DNA of 63,631 nt, filler included, from Globobulimina sp. (GCA_003354225.1; 27 parts of 27 records of this genome joined end to end with filler, not necessarily neighbours in it), one strand, 5' to 3'. Positions 11,494 to 23,110 are shown, counted from the first letter of the whole stretch. Numbers and translations: made by a program. Notes: generated from the letters alone by a model not told the origin.

Positions 11494-11805
11494 TTAATTC
11501 TTTATTAAATCTATTTTCTTTATACCCTAGCTTCATTTTCGTAAAATGGCAACATCCAAAAATAAACATTCAAATCCGTGTAAATTAATTAAACTAGTTT
11601 CAAAAATCATTGTCGGTGCATTGGAGATTAAAGTATTTGCAACTTTGCTATTACAGAGACTAAAACCCAAAAGTTGTAAATGCTTAAAGTATTAAATCAA
11701 AATGANNNNNNNNNNNNNNNNNNNNNNNNNNNNNNNNNNNNNNNNNNNNTTAATTAATTAANNNNNNNNNNNNNNNNNNNNNNNNNNNNNNNNNNNNNNN
11801 NNNNN

Positions 11806-11938
11806 AGCAGCTGGCACTCTTGCAGCAATGGCAGTAACATGGATAAGGCATAAAAAACCTGGCCTTAGTTTATCTCTGAATGGTGCACTGGCAGGCTTAG
11901 TTGCTATTACTGCCGGATGCGACATAGTTACACCAGGT
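11806..11938 (+). CDS. amt: Ammonium transporter (Amt) internal fragment, bacterial-like, ending abruptly
   Basis: AAGTLAAMAVTWIRHKKPGLSLSLNGALAGLVAITAGCDIVTP contains the NGxLAGLVAITA Amt signature. Confidence 0.85.
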
Positions 11939-11963
11939 ACCTCTACAGAATTTAATCCCATTA

Positions 11964-13420
11964 ATGAAATTAAACGAGCCATACTTGCAATTCTTAGCGG
12001 ATATGTACACCCGCGACCGGTTAGCGTGCGATGGTGGCATCCCCGTTAATTCCTGGGCTTTAAACAACAAACATTGTCAAGAATTAAAAGCGCTGAAAAT
12101 CGCAGGCAAGCCCTTCACGGAAAGCGTGACTGCGGTGGACTCATTTTTCCATCGCATTGTGCCCAAATTGATGTTGAATACACAGCGAGAAATCGTGGAC
12201 TCTGTGCAGCAGACTGCTAAATATTTGACCGCTTGCGTTGATTTTGTGCACACTTTGGCAGCTCAGCGGGGTCAGTTATCGTGTCCTTTTCAGATGGATT
12301 TTTGCATTGCTTTCAATGAAACGAGGGATTGCTGCAATATGTCATTGCAGGGCATTGAGGATGATGACAGTGATGAGGATGACGACGATGATTTGAATGA
12401 GGCGAAGCAGGACGGCGCGGTGGCGTTTTTTGACTGTTTTGGGAATATAAAAGATAGACTGTCGAAAGAGAAGTGTGTGTATACTGCGTCGATAGTGGAC
12501 AATGTCGAGGAGAAAGGGAATGTGCGCAATATTCCAACGGCGAGGATGTTTTTGAAACCTTTTAATGATTTTAAAAATACGGAGATTGCTGAAAAATATA
12601 AAAATAAACACGAGTTTCAGGAATATCCACGGAAACATAGGTTTTGTTCATGTATGATATGTGTATAAATATTGACAAATGTGTCTGTATAATGAGCACA
12701 TAAGTCGTTGGTGAATGGATTGGAAAGTCTGTGAATGAGGATTTTGTAAACAAACATATGTTGTTTGTAGAAAAAGTATATGGATTTGCAGTATATACGC
12801 TTTCTACAACACGTATATTAAATTGATACACTTTTCGATCCATTCAAAATGCGAAAAATAAAATAATTTTAGTAATTGATCGAAGAAAGCCAGATTTGAA
12901 AAGCAACGATGATAAAGGGACAGGTGAACAGGATGAGATATTATTTTTTGAGCCACCAAATAATTGTAATTCATTCCCATCGGACGCGAACCAGAATGCT
13001 CATGTTCCTTTGTGGTATTTTGACAGTTCGCGAACATGTATTATACCAAATATTGGATATGAAAATGGAAAACATTTAAAAGATATTGATGCAAAAACCG
13101 AACATATAAATGATGCGAAATTAAAAGTATTAAATGAGCCAATCACATCGCAAACAGCGTGTAAAGGCGCAATGTTAATATTATCATTTCATGTCGAGTC
13201 TGAAAATGAAATCCGTGCATATTTATATATAAATGGACAGATGTCGAGGTTTTTTCCAATGGATATTATCAATATTTTACCGCGGTTCTTTGATAAAACG
13301 TTTGCAAATAATAAAGACTTTCCAAAATCTCAAATTGCGTCGGCTTTTATTGATCAGATGAAACCTAAATTAAAAGACATTAAATTTGAAGCTTTTTATA
13401 GTGAATATAAAAATAATTAA
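11964..13420 (+). CDS. Hypothetical protein, probably multi-exon and 5'-truncated
   Basis: Co-oriented ORFs 11964..12668 and 12896..13420 separated by AT-rich intron-like sequence; no family recognised. Confidence 0.5.
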
Positions 13421-13639
13421 TCTATTGTAGTTATTTATTAATTATATGTTCTTCAGTTATTACTGTACATCGATTAACAAAACTAAGTCAAAAGTTGTAA
13501 AGCAAAGGATGACTAGGTCAGTGTTAAAAACTTTAGCGATTCGAGAGATAACCCACCACCACAGATCAATGTTGACCGAAAAATAAAGAAGATATGTGTA
13601 GCGAAGATTTGATAAGAAAGCACATATTGATTACATTGT

Positions 13640-13895
13640 AAAGGAGAATGAGATTTAATCTGCACTTAAGCTGAGTGGTGATAGGGGATTTTTGCTGCTC
13701 CGTTTCCGGCCTCACACAGTACTCCCTCTTATTAGCAACCCCGAAGGCATTGCACCATATAAATATCACACAATACTTTTTAGCCATACTTTCGAGTGGA
13801 TATCAGTGTTGGCCACACATCAAATAAGAATGAAAGTGATTAGACATTCAACTGCCATCAATAATGCTCATCCCTATTAATCTACGCATCACGCC
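13640..13895 (-). ncRNA. Signal recognition particle (7SL) RNA; S-domain clear, ends approximate
   Basis: Reverse complement of 13691-13720 reads UGUGAGGCCG-GAAA-CGGAGCAGCA (SRP helix 8), flanked by GAGGGAG and AAAAUCCCC; GUGAUA/UAUCAC helix-5 pairing. Confidence 0.75.
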
Positions 13896-14166
13896 ATATC
13901 TTCTTGTTTTAATTGGCAGGCAACAAAATCATATTTAAACGCTAACAATTTTGATATTTTACATTTACGGGAAAGATTTGTTAACTTACATTATCACATT
14001 CGAGTTGCAACAGTGCTGAATTATCCAGCAAACATCGATCTTGTTGCATGTCTGAATTGTTGAATTNNNNNNNNNNNNNNNNNNNNNNNNNNNNNNNNNN
14101 NNNNNNNNNNTTAATTAATTAANNNNNNNNNNNNNNNNNNNNNNNNNNNNNNNNNNNNNNNNNNNN

Positions 14167-15162
14167 CGGCAGGCAATTACGAAGAATTTGCAACAATATG
14201 GATACTGTCTTATTAGAGATACCAACTTAGAAAAGGATTTATTTAACAACACCAATTCAGCACAAACCACGTCACATTTACAGTACTGTGTATTTGGCAA
14301 AAATTATGAAGAAAGCGCTATGGATTATGCACATGGCACTGATAAGCGACCCAAATATAACAATGCATTGTTGGGTGTCAACGATGAAATTCCTAAAAGC
14401 CATTTTATCGGTTATCATAACGAGTTAGTTTACACTGAACAGTTTCCGAAAGTAATAGCTTTCGCATGTTTAACCCCTTCAGAAACCGGAGGTTATACTC
14501 CGTTATCAAATGTGCGTGCTGTGTTTGACAAATTGCCGTCTGGAATGAAAGAAAAGTTATTAAAACACGGTATCAAATATGTTCGAAATTTGCGAGATCG
14601 GGATGCTGAGTCCAGTGTAAAAGGTAATTCATTGGATATTAAGGGTCAAAAATGTTGGCAAGATTTGTTTGATACAAATGATGCAAACGAAGCAGAAGCA
14701 GCATGCATTAATGATTTTGGTTATGATGATACGCAATGGCTGCAATGTGGGAAGAATGGTACGCCGATTTTGAGAGTGCAGTATAATTTACCCGGAGTTA
14801 TGCAAATTCGATTGAATTCGATATCGCATGTCACTGCATTTGTAAATTCGATCATGGGAATGCACAGTTCATTGTTTGATTCGTATGATGAGTATTATGC
14901 AAGTTTGCCTTTGATTGATAGACCACATCATTCATTGTGGGGAAATGGCGAAGAATTTACAAAAGAAGAAGTTGAAATTGTCAAGACGTTATATGAAGAA
15001 AATTCGATTGTGTTTAAATGGAAAGCTGGCGATGTTATTATTGCTGATAATTTGCATTGGGCACATGGTCGATACCCATACACCGGCGATAGAAAAATTC
15101 TTGCATTGATGGGTATACCATGGGAAAGACAGCAACAGTCTTTATTTGTATCTGCTGTTTAA
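14167..15162 (+). CDS. TauD/TfdA-family (SyrP-like) 2OG-Fe(II) dioxygenase, main part; N-terminus at 16186..16308 via circular overlap
   Basis: YHNELVY, FACLTPSETGGYTP, WKAGDVIIADN, HGRYPYTGDRK. Confidence 0.9.
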   Translation, partial: RQAITKNLQQYGYCLIRDTNLEKDLFNNTNSAQTTSHLQYCVFGKNYEESAMDYAHGTDKRPKYNNALLGVNDEIPKSHFIGYHNELVYTEQFPKVIAFACLTPSETGGYTPLSNVRAVFDKLPSGMKEKLLKHGIKYVRNLRDRDAESSVKGNSLDIKGQKCWQDLFDTNDANEAEAACINDFGYDDTQWLQCGKNGTPILRVQYNLPGVMQIRLNSISHVTAFVNSIMGMHSSLFDSYDEYYASLPLIDRPHHSLWGNGEEFTKEEVEIVKTLYEENSIVFKWKAGDVIIADNLHWAHGRYPYTGDRKILALMGIPWERQQQSLFVSAV

Positions 15163-15516
15163 ACTATGATGTTTGTGATTGTGTGCTAATTATATGTATG
15201 CTTATATTTATTTAATCATATTTTTTGAGACTGAAAAAACAAGTACATCTTTGGGAACGTTAACACTTTTATAGATCTTTCATCAGTTTCATGAGAAAAA
15301 TCGGAGATGAGTGTGTTGACACAATATCATTCAGGATATTAATTATGGGCGGGAAAGTAAGCGGTATTTCAAGTGATGAGGCATCAATAACTCCGACAGT
15401 GCGAAACTGAGTTTGCGAAATGCAGCATGTCTTGATTTAAAGTTTTTGGTCTTAAGACAGTGAGCAGTGATGCGGAAAATGATATGTCCGGACTCCGGAT
15501 CCAATTGTAGTGTGGC

Positions 15517-15744
15517 ATGAAGACAATGTTGTTTGATGTGTTATTGCAATTATTGCGGGTGTATGCGGGAGGCAATGATGCCGCGGTGACCTTAGGCAGC
15601 GAAGGTGATGCATCGAAGAGGGTCGCATATTTTATTGGTTATACTATATTGATTGGCGGGTTGTGTGCTGTTTGGGCATTGGACATTGCATGGGATGATG
15701 TTAAAGAAAGGCAAGTCACACAGCTTTGTTGTAAAGGTTGTTAA
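15517..15744 (+). CDS. Small 75-aa putative membrane protein
   Basis: ATG-started ORF with signal-like N-terminus, one TM segment and a Cys-rich tail, followed by AT-rich UTR-like DNA. Confidence 0.4.
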   Translation: MKTMLFDVLLQLLRVYAGGNDAAVTLGSEGDASKRVAYFIGYTILIGGLCAVWALDIAWDDVKERQVTQLCCKGC

Positions 15745-16185
15745 AATATCTTTTCATTGTAAATAGATCCCAAAATTTTGTAAATAAATAGTTGTTGTTT
15801 TGGTTTTCTAGTTTTGAACAGTTTTCATTTTTTCAAACATATTATATTTATTGTATATGTTGTTTGTAATGCGATATTGATTTCTTAAAGTTTTGAAGAT
15901 ATACTATTCAAAGAATTGAACAAAAGAAGGATCCGCTTTGTTTTTTCGTTCGTTTGCGTCTAAAGTACGGATCCAGTCTGAAAACATAAAAACATTTGTC
16001 AGAAAAACAATTGCAAAAAATAGACAACCAAACCATTATACTGTGTGATCAGCTGCATTATCCAGAATATACTCATAATATTCTCAGAATATAGCTCATA
16101 ATCAGTTGACAAAGCACACAAACTACTTCTATCGCTAATTGCAGAAATTGAAATTAGTTCTTTCTGCAGATCGATCGACAACAAA

Positions 16186-16427
16186 ATGAATAAGATCCAT
16201 AACATGATCATGCGAAATGGCGTTAAGATTCAGAAATACACGATGCCAAATCTCATGTTCCCGAAATCCAACATTGAGCACATCCATGTATTAAAAGGAC
16301 AATTAAATCGGCAGGCAATTACGAAGAATTTGCAACAATATGGATACTGTCTTATTAGAGATACCAACTTAGAAAAGGATTTATTTAACAACACCAATTC
16401 AGCACAAACCACGTCACATTTACAGTA
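16186..16427 (+). CDS. N-terminus of the TauD-family gene
   Basis: Reads in frame into RQAITKNLQQYGYCLIRD, identical to the start of the contig. Confidence 0.85.
16309..16427 (+). repeat. 119-bp exact terminal direct repeat (copy of 14167..14285)
   Basis: cggcaggcaattacg...catttacagta at both contig ends. Confidence 0.97.
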
Positions 16428-16590
16428 NNNNNNNNNNNNNNNNNNNNNNNNNNNNNNNNNNNNNNNNNNNNTTAATTAATTAANNNNNNNNNNNNNNNNN
16501 NNNNNNNNNNNNNNNNNNNNNNNNNNNACAACTCTTTTTCTTGACTCGCCTGCAAATGTGTGGAAAAGTTGAAAAGCTAAGCTGAGAACA

Positions 16591-18126
16591 ATGGGTTCTT
16601 GCACCACAGCTCCACGTGAAGTGTCTTATCGCACCATGAAACCAGCAACGCCTATCAAGTCTAATACTGTGCAAACAACATCGTTGCAATTGCAACAGCA
16701 AAACTCATTAATAAATATACGAGTTGATGTTACAACAGATGCAAATATGAATGATATATTCATCCTCAATTCATTCCCATACAAACCGTCGACTACAATC
16801 AACCATTTACTTCAATCCGCGATGACTATAATTCACACAAAATATTATCCAAAAGTCTATCAAATCCGCTATATTAACAAACAATCTTTTTTTGTATCCC
16901 AAACAATATCAAAGCAACAATTCCAAGATAATAAGATCCATTCAACCCAAATTACGCAATATACCATCTCTAATATTTGCAAATATGGATTAAAGCTCTT
17001 CATTGTAAATGAGTTCCAACACAAACCAAATGAATTGCAATTAGTCGCCGCAACATCCTGCGAATACATCCATGTCATTGGCCAAAATGCATTAAAATGT
17101 CCAATTTATCGCTCCATGATAAATTATTGTGATTTCACAATGGATAATTTTACTCATTTGCTACAATTCAATCATCTGAGACGCAAACCACAGTGCCAAC
17201 TTTGCCAGCAATGTCCCTCCTTTTTAAACACACAAAAAGGTGGCAACGAAATGTATGACAAATGCCATATGCAATTATATAGACATCCAATCAGAAACAG
17301 CCGACAACAGACTATCTGTGCGAATATCAGCAAACTTGTGTCGCAAAAGTGCACGCAGCAAAATCCTGCAATTTATGCAGAAACAAATGAGGATGCAATC
17401 GAATATAAATGGAACCAGAAAGATGGTTTCATGTCAGCTTTGATTGTAGAAGTGATCGAAAATGGTTTGTCTTGCGATTTGTACGTTGCCGGCACCAAAA
17501 AAATAAGTTTTGATTGGTCCATTTTAAGCACAGTGGATGAGCGAATGCGTGACATTCGACATCAACAAATTGGCGCACCTTTGAATAGAGGCGAGATGTT
17601 GGCACTTATTCTGTATACAAATGGGGAATGCAGCTACGATTTGTGTGCGAGTCAAAGAAATGGGAATTATGCGAAATGGAAATGGTTTGATTATTGTTTG
17701 TACCATGCGATTAAACGAATGAGTCGCCGGGAAAGCGGCGAATATAAATTATACGCGGCGGCTGCTTGCAATATGAAGAAGAAAATAAGAGGGAAAAAAG
17801 GCTATTTTTGCACGTATATGTCGACGTGTTGGGATAAGGACATTTTGTTATGTTCTATGCCACAAAATGGAGGAGTTATGATTGAGATTGCTGAGGAATA
17901 TCGAAAAAGGGATCGTGTGTACTGTTGCGATGTTAGTTGGATCTCACAGTTTGGCGATGAGTGCGAAGTATTAATTGCAAGGAGTACCGGCGAAGATAGG
18001 TTGTATGAAACGGATAGATTTACATTGTTAGAAAAGGAAGAATTGAATGGAATAAAAATTATATCACTTAAAGCGAAAGAATCGAATGAATCTTATTCGC
18101 CAAGTGGCGATATGTTAGAATATTAA
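16591..18126 (+). CDS. Putative N-myristoylated protein with Cys/His fingers and a C-terminal ADP-ribosyltransferase-like domain
   Basis: MGSC start; C-C-C-H clusters; LALILYT, YMST, DVSWISQFGDECEVL (ExE). Confidence 0.6.
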   Translation: MGSCTTAPREVSYRTMKPATPIKSNTVQTTSLQLQQQNSLINIRVDVTTDANMNDIFILNSFPYKPSTTINHLLQSAMTIIHTKYYPKVYQIRYINKQSFFVSQTISKQQFQDNKIHSTQITQYTISNICKYGLKLFIVNEFQHKPNELQLVAATSCEYIHVIGQNALKCPIYRSMINYCDFTMDNFTHLLQFNHLRRKPQCQLCQQCPSFLNTQKGGNEMYDKCHMQLYRHPIRNSRQQTICANISKLVSQKCTQQNPAIYAETNEDAIEYKWNQKDGFMSALIVEVIENGLSCDLYVAGTKKISFDWSILSTVDERMRDIRHQQIGAPLNRGEMLALILYTNGECSYDLCASQRNGNYAKWKWFDYCLYHAIKRMSRRESGEYKLYAAAACNMKKKIRGKKGYFCTYMSTCWDKDILLCSMPQNGGVMIEIAEEYRKRDRVYCCDVSWISQFGDECEVLIARSTGEDRLYETDRFTLLEKEELNGIKIISLKAKESNESYSPSGDMLEY

Positions 18127-18431
18127 TTTGCAAATTGGTACGTCAGTTTTTTTGATGCTGTTTTGCGTGAAGTAGTTTTACAGATTTTTTTTTAAAAATA
18201 TAATTGTTAAACGTAGAAAATTGTGAATGTTCAATTAAAAAAGTCAGATAATCTTTATTTCGTTGTTTGTACATTTTACACGTGTTTCCTATACTATTTT
18301 CAGTGTCAGATGTCAGAAGCAAACCGTTTCTGGTGACTATTAATAATGCCGTTGACTCAAAAACCGTCACTGAAGCGTTCTAGTCGTGTTGAATGACAGT
18401 CGTGTTGAAAGACAGTCAGCTAAAACCAACT

Positions 18432-18776
18432 ATGACCACGCTAACAGACCTGGAAACAGCGCAACTAAACGAGAAATACGATTCGTACCGCCGTGAAATA
18501 GACTCTTTGAAACGCAAAATCCAGGAAACCCGCAAACGGCAACAAAACAATGGTAGCGGCATATTGCGCTCAGAATTCGATAAACGCATTGCACGCGAAA
18601 AGGCGGCAAAAGCAAACGAAGAAAACAACAAAAACAGCAACATAGACGACAACAGCAACAACAACATAGATCCAACGAAATATAAGTTACCCAACGAACT
18701 GTCCTCTTTAAAATGCCACTTATCAGAATATAAAAAGTTATCCGGCCATGGCAACACAGTGTCTGGCGTGGATTGA
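18432..18776 (+). CDS. G-protein beta-like protein N-terminus (coiled coil plus start of first WD40), truncated
   Basis: Coiled coil EIDSLKRKIQETRKR, then LSGHGNTVSGVD followed by TGA where Trp is expected, 12 nt before the contig end. Confidence 0.5.
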   Translation: MTTLTDLETAQLNEKYDSYRREIDSLKRKIQETRKRQQNNGSGILRSEFDKRIAREKAAKANEENNKNSNIDDNSNNNIDPTKYKLPNELSSLKCHLSEYKKLSGHGNTVSGVD

Positions 18777-18888
18777 ATCAAATCCTCCNNNNNNNNNNNN
18801 NNNNNNNNNNNNNNNNNNNNNNNNNNNNNNNNTTAATTAATTAANNNNNNNNNNNNNNNNNNNNNNNNNNNNNNNNNNNNNNNNNNNN

Positions 18889-21149
18889 CTATTTTATATT
18901 GTTTTATTCTTGACATTAAATTCAACACAGAAACGTTTCCCGACGCATTGTTGGTCTCATTGTGGTGTTTCTTCACCAAATTCAACTCCAAATCCAACCA
19001 AATCATATGTTGCCTCCATCCCTGTTCATTTCATTTCTTTTCCAGAATATTCGGATCTGCAAAGAACAAGAAATTATTTCATAATATTACATTAAAAATA
19101 GACCACGAAACTAACCAACGATTAAAATTGGACATAAATAATATTTCAATCACTATACAAAGCCGCAAAGGACTACCAATCTTCGCATGGAATCATATCA
19201 CATTTGTCATTTCATGCAATCCTTTAACCATTTTATTCAAATTAAACGCTGAATATTTTGAATTCAAATACAATGAAAATGTCGATATGTATGACCTGGA
19301 CTTATCACATTATAATTTGACAATATCTTCATCAAAAGCAAACATTCCAGGTTTTGACGGTTTATTTGGTCCGCTATTTTATTCTCCATTTAAAGTACAA
19401 AACAAATCCACTGCGGATTGCAAACAGAGATATTTAAACATTTTAATCCAACAAAACATTCAACATAACACCAAATTTATGCTAAACATAAACAACAAGA
19501 ATTATGGTCATGCTTTGCATCACAAATTAAGCACAAAACAGCATTCATTATCGACACTGACTCAGTTATTACAGCACGAATGCGATGATTCTGCCAACGT
19601 ATCGCATGAACCATTGACGTTCTGTAAATGGGAAAATATGTTTGTTTGCGATGTCAAAAATGCGTATAACTCCGTACAAATAAAACCGTTATCCCCGCCT
19701 TTGCGTAATTTGATTCTTGTCTGCCATGATATGGCTGGCGGCTATCACCACGACGCGAATGCATTTGGCACTCATATGTATGGCCAGAGAGCACAGCTAC
19801 CATTCGAATATTTTGTTGAGTATTGGCCATTGATTGATATATTTGTCTATTTCTCGCACGATTTTGTCAGCATTCCGCCGGTACAATGGATTGAGGTTTG
19901 CCATAAGAACAATGTTTTGATATTAGGTACGTTGATAACAGAGCATGACTATGGAATAAAATTAAATCATCAGATAATTGACAATCAAGCCACGCGGCAA
20001 AGGGTGGTGGATAAATTAGTGGATGTTGCAGTATACTATGGCTTTGATGGTTGGTTTTTAAATTTCGAGAGTTGTTTGAATGATGCCGCCTCGGTGAATA
20101 ATTTAATATTATTTGTGCGAGAGTTGACAGCGGCATTACATAAACGGATTGTGTATGGTAAGGTGATTTGGTACGATTCCATTTCAGGCAAAACTGGCAA
20201 AGTTGAATGGCAATCGAGATTGAATGCATTTGGTATGCCGTTTTTTAATGAATGTGATGGTTTCTTCACAGATTATCATTGGCGCAAACAATATGCAATA
20301 GAGTCTGTGCGATTTGCTGCTAAAACTAACAGAGAATATGCGGTTTTTACAGGAATTGATATTTGGGGCAGAGGAACATGGGGCGGTGGCGGATATAATA
20401 CGGGGAATATTGTAAATTATTTGTTGAATGAGATTGGGAGAGGAACCTCGGTTGGCTTATTTGCAACGGCGTGGACCTTTGAACATGAATGTCAATGTAA
20501 AGAGAGACAGTCATTGGATGATAATTATTGCAGTGATTATGCTGTCGAACTCTTTCGAATGAATGAGAAATATTTTTGGTGCGGTGAGCAATACTTTCTT
20601 TATCAGTGTAATGTTGAAAGTGAATGGAATGCCAATAAGATTGGACAAAATGGCTGGCAAATTGACAAAGAAAATGAATGTTGGATTGCTTCGTTTATTT
20701 GGTGTGTGAGACGGATTGATATTAATTTATATGCCAAATTTAATATGGATTTAATTAAAAATAAAAAATACTTTAAAATACGGATAAAGCAAAGTGTGAT
20801 TGGCAGTGGCCCAAACTTTGCAGATTTATATGAAATAAATATTCAATTTACAGATTTTAACGGCAATATTGTACATAAAATTGAATCGGGACAAATGGTA
20901 ATGACTGACCAATGGAAGAATTTATTATTTGAATATAATGCAATGCAAAGTGACAGAATAACGAATATTGTCATTACTGAGAAAGCAAAAGATGTTGAAT
21001 ATTGGGCGGGTAATTATGGCACAAAAATGAAGTATCCCGCTGTCATTCTAATGTTTGACGATGAAAATAAAAATGATGTCTCCATTATTGATGCGATTAA
21101 CATAAAAAACAACAAAGCATTTACGGGAGGTGATAATTTTTTATGTTTT
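18889..21149 (+). CDS. ENGASE: GH85 endo-beta-N-acetylglucosaminidase with an FBA-like domain, partial
   Basis: VCHDMAGGY, IDIFVYFSH, LGTLITE, GFDGWFLNFE, GIDIWGRG; then ASFIWC...KDVEYWAGNYG. Confidence 0.92.
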
Positions 21150-21249
21150 NNNNNNNNNNNNNNNNNNNNNNNNNNNNNNNNNNNNNNNNNNNNTTAATTA
21201 ATTAANNNNNNNNNNNNNNNNNNNNNNNNNNNNNNNNNNNNNNNNNNNN

Positions 21250-22990
21250 ACAGAAATATTCCCTCCAATGGGGTCTGAGTCTGACTTTGTAACTGGCCAT
21301 GGTTGCAATGTTTGTCGATATAAGTTATCAGAGTTTGATGCGTTTCTATCATCAACATTTATATTTTGTACTTGAATAGATTTCACTGTTATAATATTTG
21401 TATTTTCTGCATCAATCTCAACCTTATCCACTGCACTGTCACTTAAATTAATTTGATTTAAATGATTAGTCATTCTCTTTCTTCTCAAAAAACATATCAA
21501 AATAAATATTGCCAATAAAACTATTATTCCTGCAAATAATACAATCCATATATTTGCATTATCTGTTGTATTCAGCAATAGATTAACATTCGTAGTATGG
21601 CTGTCTGGTTCTGGTGTGGTATGTTCATCCGCCACAGCAATGTCATGGAAAAACGCTGTGACAGCATCCGTGCCTGGACTTGTGGTCGGAATAGAAGTTG
21701 TTGCAGTGATTGATGTTGTTGGTATACTGCTTGTCGGATGCGCTGTTGTTGGAGATGCTGAAGTTGGAAATGCAGAAGTGGGAAATACAGTGGTCGGTGC
21801 AGATGTTGTTGGGACACTACTTGTTGGATAAGCTGTTGTTGGTGAATCGGTAGTCGGTGCTGATGTTGCTGTTGTCGGTGAATCTGTACATGGTTAAAAG
21901 TTGAATGAGCTGAGCATGTTGTTTCTGATGGAATTGTATTAATTAATTTTCTCCATCAAAAAAACAAAGTTGTAATATTTATTGTATGGAAATATGTTGT
22001 AATAACCTGTGGGTGTTGTGGTTGCAAAACAAATTCCTGCATCAAATGAATTTGTGGCACCATCAATTTCGCTTTCTCCACTATTACAAACTATGGTTGT
22101 TCCATCATAACTACCTGAACCAGCATAAAATACAACATCAGCCGGTGTGCCACCTGGCGAATAAATAAATGTGTCACGTGTATCATCAGCGTCTGTTGCA
22201 TCAATAATACAGCCCGGTGATAATGTACTGTCGGTTGGACAATATATGACCGTGCCCTGAATGTCTGTATCAACAGCTAACACATGCAAATAATTCGCAT
22301 CTTTGGCATCAATATATAATAATTCACATTGTTGAAATGATCCAATATAATCAACACATTGAATGGAGATATTTTCTGTTTTTGAACTGTAATAAATTGT
22401 GCCTGAAAGCATATTACGGTCGAAGAAAGTCAATGGTTGAGCTGTAATAATAGCATTGCCTTTATGTGGCAAAAAAAATGTTGACCATGTCATGGATTCT
22501 TCTGCTGTTGCTAATACATTTAAGTTGGTAATATTATCGGAATATATTTTTGATTCAAGCATGCATGAGGCTGCAGTTGATTTTATTTGTAAATTAGTAC
22601 TGAATATAAGTGGTAAACATATATGATTGAGGTTGGAGAGCATATATGTTTGAGGTAAACATATTCATAATTAATTAACCTATAGTTTCCATAAACTGTG
22701 GAGCTGTACAGACAGTTCGTGTTACTGCAATTCACAATGCATGTTTCAGCGAATCCACAATAAATAATCTTAGCGTTTGCGGGTGGATCAAAAGCCATAT
22801 TACAATCAATCAGACAGATATCGCCTTGACCGAGAGAAGGACCAGAATCACAATCTATTATTATTGTCTCCTCAATAAATGGTGGACGATAGGTTGTTGA
22901 ACGTATTGCATAAACTGTTTTTGTGATAAATTTATATATAAATATTATGTTTATAATTAAGGCATTTGAATTTATATAAGTGCTTTGACA
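21250..22990 (-). CDS. Multi-exon type-I membrane protein: Cys-rich ectodomain, Pro/Thr stalk, one TM; start approximate
   Basis: Minus-strand ORFs 22583..22798, 21939..22643 and 21198..21635, PT-rich repeats at 21700-21880, TM IWIVLFAGIIVLLAIFILICFL-RRKR. Confidence 0.65.
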
Positions 22991-23110
22991 TACAATATGT
23001 AAATGTAATGATCAGATATAGCATGAAATGATCAGACATTTAGCTGTCTGTATGTATGTTATATTATAAACGAGTTTTTTTTTAATTTTCTTTGATTTTT
23101 ATCAAACACA

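Noticed and set aside
13690..13740. Possible hammerhead ribozyme (GAAAC core)
   Set aside because: No CUGANGA box; the sequence fits SRP helix 8 better
14167..16427. Circular contig as a virus or plasmid
   Set aside because: No Rep, capsid or integrase ORF; content and composition match host genes
18774..18776. TGA at the expected Trp of a WD40 repeat, suggesting UGA=Trp recoding
   Set aside because: TGA ends intact genes elsewhere (rhomboid, AlkB, GGT) and Trp is TGG throughout; a single case 12 nt from a contig end is more likely an error, chimera or pseudogene
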